Virus record (IMG/VR): IMGVR_UViG_3300010338_000848
Origin: a virus
Reading direction: 5' to 3' (one strand)
DNA length: 20,987 nucleotides
The position numbers and the translations under genes are program-made. Numbering within the stretch: the first letter of the stretch is position 1; each line of letters starts with the position of its first letter. The notes beneath the pieces were generated by a model that was not told where the DNA came from, ran no database searches, and saw only the letters and a program-made list of their open reading frames with translations. Below are positions 16,549 through 20,987 of the stretch, piece by piece.

Positions 16549-18353
16549 TCTTACCGCAACGTGGTAATACGACATGGTCAGACGTCCAAACGAGAACGTG
16601 GTCTGATGCGCTATTGTATTTGTGGCAGGAAAGGCCTCCTAAAATTTTTATTCCTGATGAATACGGACAGATCATAGATATCGCGGATCATGTACAGTCT
16701 CTATCGATCTCTGATGATATTAATCATCGATCTTCTGCGACCATTCGCATAATTGATGATGATAATTCATTTGGACATATTGTAACAGGAATGAACGTTT
16801 CTGTAGAGTATAATGGAGATTTAATTTTCGCTGGGATTTGTACCAGTGTACGAAAGACATATCTCGGTGGATTCAATGATCCGATTCAAATCGAGCTTGA
16901 TTGTGCGGATTATACTCTGCTAGTAGCTCGGAGGATTGGACGATTCAGTTCAGACGAACCGATCACATGTGGAGAAATTGTAGAGAATATCTACAATACA
17001 TATCTCGTCGATGAGGGACTGGAGATAGGACGGATCGATCCTGGTGAAGAAATCCCAGTCGCAACGTTTCAGATGAAATCCATATCGGAGATATTTGATA
17101 CTCTCGCAGAAATTTCCGGATATATTTGGTTCGTAGATTACGATCGAAAATTATACTTCATTGATCGAATGGCATACTCCTCAGATTGGGATATTGATGA
17201 GACCACTCAAGGAGTAATGTCATTTGAATTGATCGAAGGAAACTCTCAATACAGAAATGTACAATATGTGACAGGTACGAAGGTACGTACTCAAGAACTT
17301 ACAGAGTATTTCAAGGGAGATGGTAAACAAAAATCATTCGCGATCGGTTATCCGGTCGCTGTTGAACCAACCATCTATGTCAACGATGAACTTCAATCCG
17401 TCGGATATAAAGGACAAGAGAATGAACTCATCGATTGGTATTGGTCACCAGGAGATCCCGTTATCACACAACGAAATGATGCACCTACTTTATCAGATTC
17501 TGATGTCCTGAGGATCGATTATATTGGAACATTTCAATTAATTGTTAAAGTCAAACGTGCCTCAGAGATCACGAAGTGCAAACTCAGAGAGACCTTCGGG
17601 ACCGGACAGTATGAAAGTATTGAGTATGATGTGAATGCATCAGATTATGATCAGGCTAAATTATTCACTGAAGGTCTTCTTGATGAATATGGTACGGTTG
17701 GATACTCTGTTAACTATAAGACTATCAGAAATATAACATCTGGACTGATCCAGAACATAAACCTGCCATCAATGAATATAAATGCTGATTTCTTGGTAAC
17801 GTCTGTTCGTATAACTTATGAAGAAAATATGATGGTATATGAAGTAGATGCGATCAGCGGACCGCTGGATCCGTCCTGGGAGGATATTTTCTGTGATATC
17901 GCTAAACGAGCTCATCAGAAATTCGTCTCAGAAATTAGCGAATCGGAAACCGTGCGAGGCGTGTACGAATTTGAGAAAACCTGGTCGTATGATGAGTCAC
18001 CAAATATATTTAGATACACTTATGCAGACGGATCGACCACGCCATCCGATACATACTTCCCATGCTTCGCAGACGGAGATCGTGTTATATATTGTGCAGT
18101 TTATAGGAACGGAGTAGAAATCTTTAGAAAGCCATTTACCTTAGAAGAGATCTATGGTAATACTATACATTCGATATGTATCATAGATGCATCCGAAGCT
18201 ATTGGACAGATATCACACATTGGGATATGGGGAGGAGATTCAGCGCAAAATGTACTTGGGACAGGAATAGAACTCGCAAAATTTGAATTCATTTACACGA
18301 AATCCTCATTAGAGTCTTTGCAGATCGATGTTTATAATATAAGAGGATGGTGA
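16545..18353 (+). CDS. Baseplate hub/Tal-like protein (gp27/gpD-like core) with C-terminal extension
   Basis: Directly follows the TMP (ATGA overlap). IFAGIC..IELDCADY..TCGEIVENI..SISEIFDTLAEISGYIWFVDYDRKLYF is a typical hub pattern; 602 aa. Confidence 0.8.
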   Translation: MILPQRGNTTWSDVQTRTWSDALLYLWQERPPKIFIPDEYGQIIDIADHVQSLSISDDINHRSSATIRIIDDDNSFGHIVTGMNVSVEYNGDLIFAGICTSVRKTYLGGFNDPIQIELDCADYTLLVARRIGRFSSDEPITCGEIVENIYNTYLVDEGLEIGRIDPGEEIPVATFQMKSISEIFDTLAEISGYIWFVDYDRKLYFIDRMAYSSDWDIDETTQGVMSFELIEGNSQYRNVQYVTGTKVRTQELTEYFKGDGKQKSFAIGYPVAVEPTIYVNDELQSVGYKGQENELIDWYWSPGDPVITQRNDAPTLSDSDVLRIDYIGTFQLIVKVKRASEITKCKLRETFGTGQYESIEYDVNASDYDQAKLFTEGLLDEYGTVGYSVNYKTIRNITSGLIQNINLPSMNINADFLVTSVRITYEENMMVYEVDAISGPLDPSWEDIFCDIAKRAHQKFVSEISESETVRGVYEFEKTWSYDESPNIFRYTYADGSTTPSDTYFPCFADGDRVIYCAVYRNGVEIFRKPFTLEEIYGNTIHSICIIDASEAIGQISHIGIWGGDSAQNVLGTGIELAKFEFIYTKSSLESLQIDVYNIRGW

Positions 18354-18354
18354 T

Positions 18355-19062
18355 ATGGCGTACACTAAAACAGTCTGGACAGAATACGGTATGACCACTT
18401 CACAAAAAGTCAGCGCTCTGAACAACATGGAGACGCAGTATGATGAGATGATTAGTGAATTCAATGCGCATAATCATCTCAATACATATTACACAAAATC
18501 ACAGATGAACTCGAAATATTATCACGCGAATAATGATGGCAGTGGTAGCGGATTCGTCGCAGAAACTTTAGACGGTTATACTGCTGAACAAATCATAAAT
18601 GCGAGTGTTCCATCTGGGGTCATTGCAGTGTGGTACGGTGATGCAGGCAGCGTACCAAATGGCTGGGTCGTATGCAACGGTAGCAATGGTACTCCAGATC
18701 TGCGGAATCGATTTGTAGTAGGTGCAGGAGGATCTTATACACAGGGCACTACTGGTGGATCGAAAAACGTAACACCAACATGCACGTTCACCTCTGGGGC
18801 ACATACATTAACAGATGCTGAGCTTCCATCGCATACACATTCATACTATGATAAGAAAAACGACACCAGAAAGGTGGGTGGTCCACACTGGGCGATGTCT
18901 ACAATCTCAGATGTTTCTAGAACAACATATTACACATGTTCATCTTCCGAAACTTATTCTGGAAGTAGAACCGCGCATTCTCATGAGAATTCGTATCTGA
19001 CTATAACACAAATGGACATCAGACCGCCATGGAAAGCTTTATTATATATAATGAAGGTGTGA
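18355..19062 (+). CDS. Tail fibre paralogue 1 with tail-collar domain (235 aa)
   Basis: VPSGVIAVW..VPNGWVVCNGSNGTPDLRNRFVVGAG collar motif; HxH motifs; C-terminal RPPWKALLYIMKV. Confidence 0.85.
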   Translation: MAYTKTVWTEYGMTTSQKVSALNNMETQYDEMISEFNAHNHLNTYYTKSQMNSKYYHANNDGSGSGFVAETLDGYTAEQIINASVPSGVIAVWYGDAGSVPNGWVVCNGSNGTPDLRNRFVVGAGGSYTQGTTGGSKNVTPTCTFTSGAHTLTDAELPSHTHSYYDKKNDTRKVGGPHWAMSTISDVSRTTYYTCSSSETYSGSRTAHSHENSYLTITQMDIRPPWKALLYIMKV

Positions 19063-19064
19063 AA

Positions 19065-19745
19065 ATGTATACGAAATATGTATGGACATCCGGATCTAAA
19101 TTAACGGCTGAACTTCTGAATCATTTAGAAACACAATACGATGAATTTATGAGCATACTATCGACGCATAATCATGATACATCTTATTACACGAAACAGG
19201 AATCTGATGCGAAATATTTCCACACTGGACATATGGGATATGGCAGTGGTGCAGATGCCGATCTTTTAGACGGTTATCATTTATCTCAGATACTTGGAGA
19301 TGTTCTTCCGGTTGGATCAATCGTAATCTGGAAAGGCACGGCAGGCACAATCCCAAGCGGCTGGGCGATATGTGATGGTTCAAATGGGACTCCGGATTTG
19401 AGAGATCGATTTGTGATGGGAGGTACGCTCAGCCAGATTGGCGGGACTGGTGGAAGATCGACTATAACTGATATGGGCGGAACTGTCACAACTTCTGGAA
19501 CTTCGTTGAGTATCAATCAGATTCCATATCATTATCATAAATATTCAGATTATTATGGAGCTGGCGGACCATATCCACTTACTGGATACTCTGGATTGTC
19601 CACGACGGTCACTGATAATGCGCGAACAACTGGCTCGACAGGTTCAGGTTCGGCTCATGACCATGGATCTTTCAGCGTAACTTTCAACAGTTTTTCGAAC
19701 ATTCCTCCGTATTATGCGTTGTATTATATTAAGAAGGTGAGCTGA
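19065..19745 (+). CDS. Tail fibre paralogue 2 with tail-collar domain (226 aa)
   Basis: IPSGWAICDGSNGTPDLRDRFV. ATG 19065 (MYTKYVW) aligns with the N-termini of the other paralogues and follows GTGTGA, so it is preferred over the track's 19029. Confidence 0.85.
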   Translation: MYTKYVWTSGSKLTAELLNHLETQYDEFMSILSTHNHDTSYYTKQESDAKYFHTGHMGYGSGADADLLDGYHLSQILGDVLPVGSIVIWKGTAGTIPSGWAICDGSNGTPDLRDRFVMGGTLSQIGGTGGRSTITDMGGTVTTSGTSLSINQIPYHYHKYSDYYGAGGPYPLTGYSGLSTTVTDNARTTGSTGSGSAHDHGSFSVTFNSFSNIPPYYALYYIKKVS

Positions 19746-20456
19746 ATGGTGTACACCAAGACAACCTGGACTTCGACAACTGCTATCACCAGTGAATTAT
19801 TGAATAATGCTGAAACACAGTATGATGAAGCTTATACTGTTTATTCAGTTCATAATCACGATAGTTCACATTATCTAAAATCTCAATCCGATTCAATATT
19901 TTGGAATTCGGATAATGATGGTCATGGATCTGGATGTGATGCAGATCTTCTGTATCATCCGTCTGGAAATAAACATGCATCGGATTTGATAGCAGGAGGA
20001 GTACCAAGTGGTCTGATTATTTTATGGAGCGGTCAAAATGTACCAAGCGGATGGGCACTGTGTGATGGATCAAACGGAACCCCTGATCTCAGAAACAGAT
20101 TTGTAATCGGTGCAGGAGGTGATCACAGTCCTGGACAGATAGGAAGACCGACGCCCGCGGGCACTCAGGAATATCAGATTAAACCAACCGCCACCGTCAC
20201 AATTGGTTCACACAGTCTGACAATCCAGGAAATTGCACACAGTCATTCGTATAACGATTACACAGCATCTGGAGATACAATGGGGGGTGCCACGGGTTCG
20301 CAGGTGTCATACAATACTTATATAGAACGTGATACCGGTTATGCTGGGAATCCGGCTGGTCCAGCAGAAGGTCATACACATTCTGCTTCGTTTGCGGGGA
20401 ATGATTGTGATGTCAGACCGCCTTACTATATCCTTGCTTATATAATGAAATTGTGA
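19746..20456 (+). CDS. Tail fibre paralogue 3 with tail-collar domain (236 aa)
   Basis: VPSGWALCDGSNGTPDLRNRFVIGAG; C-terminal RPPYYILAYIMKL. Confidence 0.85.
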   Translation: MVYTKTTWTSTTAITSELLNNAETQYDEAYTVYSVHNHDSSHYLKSQSDSIFWNSDNDGHGSGCDADLLYHPSGNKHASDLIAGGVPSGLIILWSGQNVPSGWALCDGSNGTPDLRNRFVIGAGGDHSPGQIGRPTPAGTQEYQIKPTATVTIGSHSLTIQEIAHSHSYNDYTASGDTMGGATGSQVSYNTYIERDTGYAGNPAGPAEGHTHSASFAGNDCDVRPPYYILAYIMKL

Positions 20457-20465
20457 GGTGATTGT

Positions 20466-20987
20466 ATGAAGTATACAGAAAACTACAGTCTGAGAAAACC
20501 CGAATATACGGATTATCAAGATATTACAGATCTGAATTATAATGCAGATGTTATAGACGGTTTGCTAAATCAATATTTGACAGAAGACAGACATGATACG
20601 ACCGATCGGCACACCCCAGGAACAGTAGTGCCCGTCGTGACGTCGATAGGAGATCCTGGTAGTGACTCGAATATCCCGAGTGAGAAAGCCGTAAGGTCGG
20701 CTATTACATCTATTACATCTGCGACCGACCATGGCGCGCTTACAGGTCTTGATGACGACGATCACACGCAGTACCTGAACACCACGCGCCATGACGCGAC
20801 CGATCGGCACACGCCGGGCACGGTGGTGCCTGTTGTGACCTCTGTCGGTAGTCCGGGGTCAAACTCGAATATACCATCTGAGAAGGCGGTGCGCAGCGCG
20901 ATTAACAACAGGATCCCGGCGGGCACGACTCAGTACTCCATACCGAGATGGAGCGGGACAGCTTGGGTAGAGGCGCCTTTAGTATCA
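20466..20987 (+). CDS. Fourth tail fibre-like protein, 3'-partial (174 aa visible; absent from the ORF track)
   Basis: GAGGTGA RBS then MKYTENYSLRKPEYTDYQDITDLNYNADVIDGLL (TxNYxLxKP..DIxxLNxNxDxID fibre-anchor pattern) and DHGALTGLDDDDHTQY. No stop before the window end. Confidence 0.85.
   Translation, partial: MKYTENYSLRKPEYTDYQDITDLNYNADVIDGLLNQYLTEDRHDTTDRHTPGTVVPVVTSIGDPGSDSNIPSEKAVRSAITSITSATDHGALTGLDDDDHTQYLNTTRHDATDRHTPGTVVPVVTSVGSPGSNSNIPSEKAVRSAINNRIPAGTTQYSIPRWSGTAWVEAPLVS
20589..20903 (+). repeat. Two 39-aa coding repeats, 198-nt period
   Basis: RHD(T/A)TDRHTPGTVVPVVTS(I/V)G(D/S)PGS(D/N)SNIPSEKAVRSAI at 20589-20705 and 20787-20903. Confidence 0.95.

Larger units (their letters stand above)
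1..20987 (+). mobile_element. Head-tail morphogenesis module of a siphovirus-type tailed virus/provirus (both ends lie outside the window)
   Basis: About 24 tightly packed or overlapping + strand CDSs in canonical order terminase-portal-protease-capsid-connector-tube-chaperone-TMP-hub-fibres. No sheath gene. Free virus versus provirus cannot be decided from this window. Confidence 0.96.

Noticed and set aside
9941-18353. Contractile injection system, tailocin or myovirus tail
   Set aside because: No sheath, gpW/gpJ/gpI wedge or LysM/tube-initiator genes; a full head-packaging module and G/GT chaperone with a long TMP indicate a siphovirus.
18355-20456. Fibre paralogues as an invertible shufflon or DGR targets
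   Set aside because: All three are complete, same-strand genes with their own starts. No inverted crossover sites, invertase or near-identical template is seen in the window.
20701-20720. 9-nt tandem repeat CTATTACAT x2
   Set aside because: A short in-frame ITS-ITS linker duplication with no evident function.
138-20810. Numerous minus-strand and alternate-frame ORFs in the track (e.g. 1541-2125, 3929-4447, 5002-5292, 11745-12230, 13020-13442, 20565-20810)
   Set aside because: All lie fully within well-supported + strand genes, lack RBSs and recognisable motifs, and are expected shadows of GC3-biased or repetitive coding DNA.
20589-20903. Repeat pair as a DGR template/variable repeat
   Set aside because: Mismatches occur at C, G and T as well as A and are mostly synonymous, both copies are in one ORF, and no reverse transcriptase is visible.

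Overview
The whole window is one co-oriented (+ strand) virion-assembly operon of a long, non-contractile-tailed dsDNA virus or provirus (siphovirus-type Caudoviricetes). The gene order is: terminase large subunit (5'-truncated), portal, protease/scaffold, small capsid-associated protein, major capsid protein, a five-gene insert (a signal-peptide-bearing fibre-like protein, an unknown protein, a Cys-rich protein and two single-pass membrane proteins), head-tail adaptor, enlarged head closure, displaced MuF-like protein, HK97 gp10-like protein, tail terminator, two tail-tube paralogues, tail chaperone with a -1 frameshift extension, ~1590-aa tape measure protein, hub/Tal-like protein, three tandem tail-collar fibre paralogues and a fourth fibre that runs off the 3' end. 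No sheath, Dit, endolysin, integrase, RNA gene or CRISPR array is recognisable. The recurring (G)GTGA-N4-6-ATG ribosome-binding pattern suggests an archaeal, possibly methanogen, host; this is inference only. All product calls come from motif recognition and synteny, not from database searches. The most notable items are the exported fibre-like protein, the fibre triplet, the Dit-less tail with a second tube paralogue, a probable AUA start for the tape measure gene and a 12-aa Trp motif shared by proteins at both ends of the tail.
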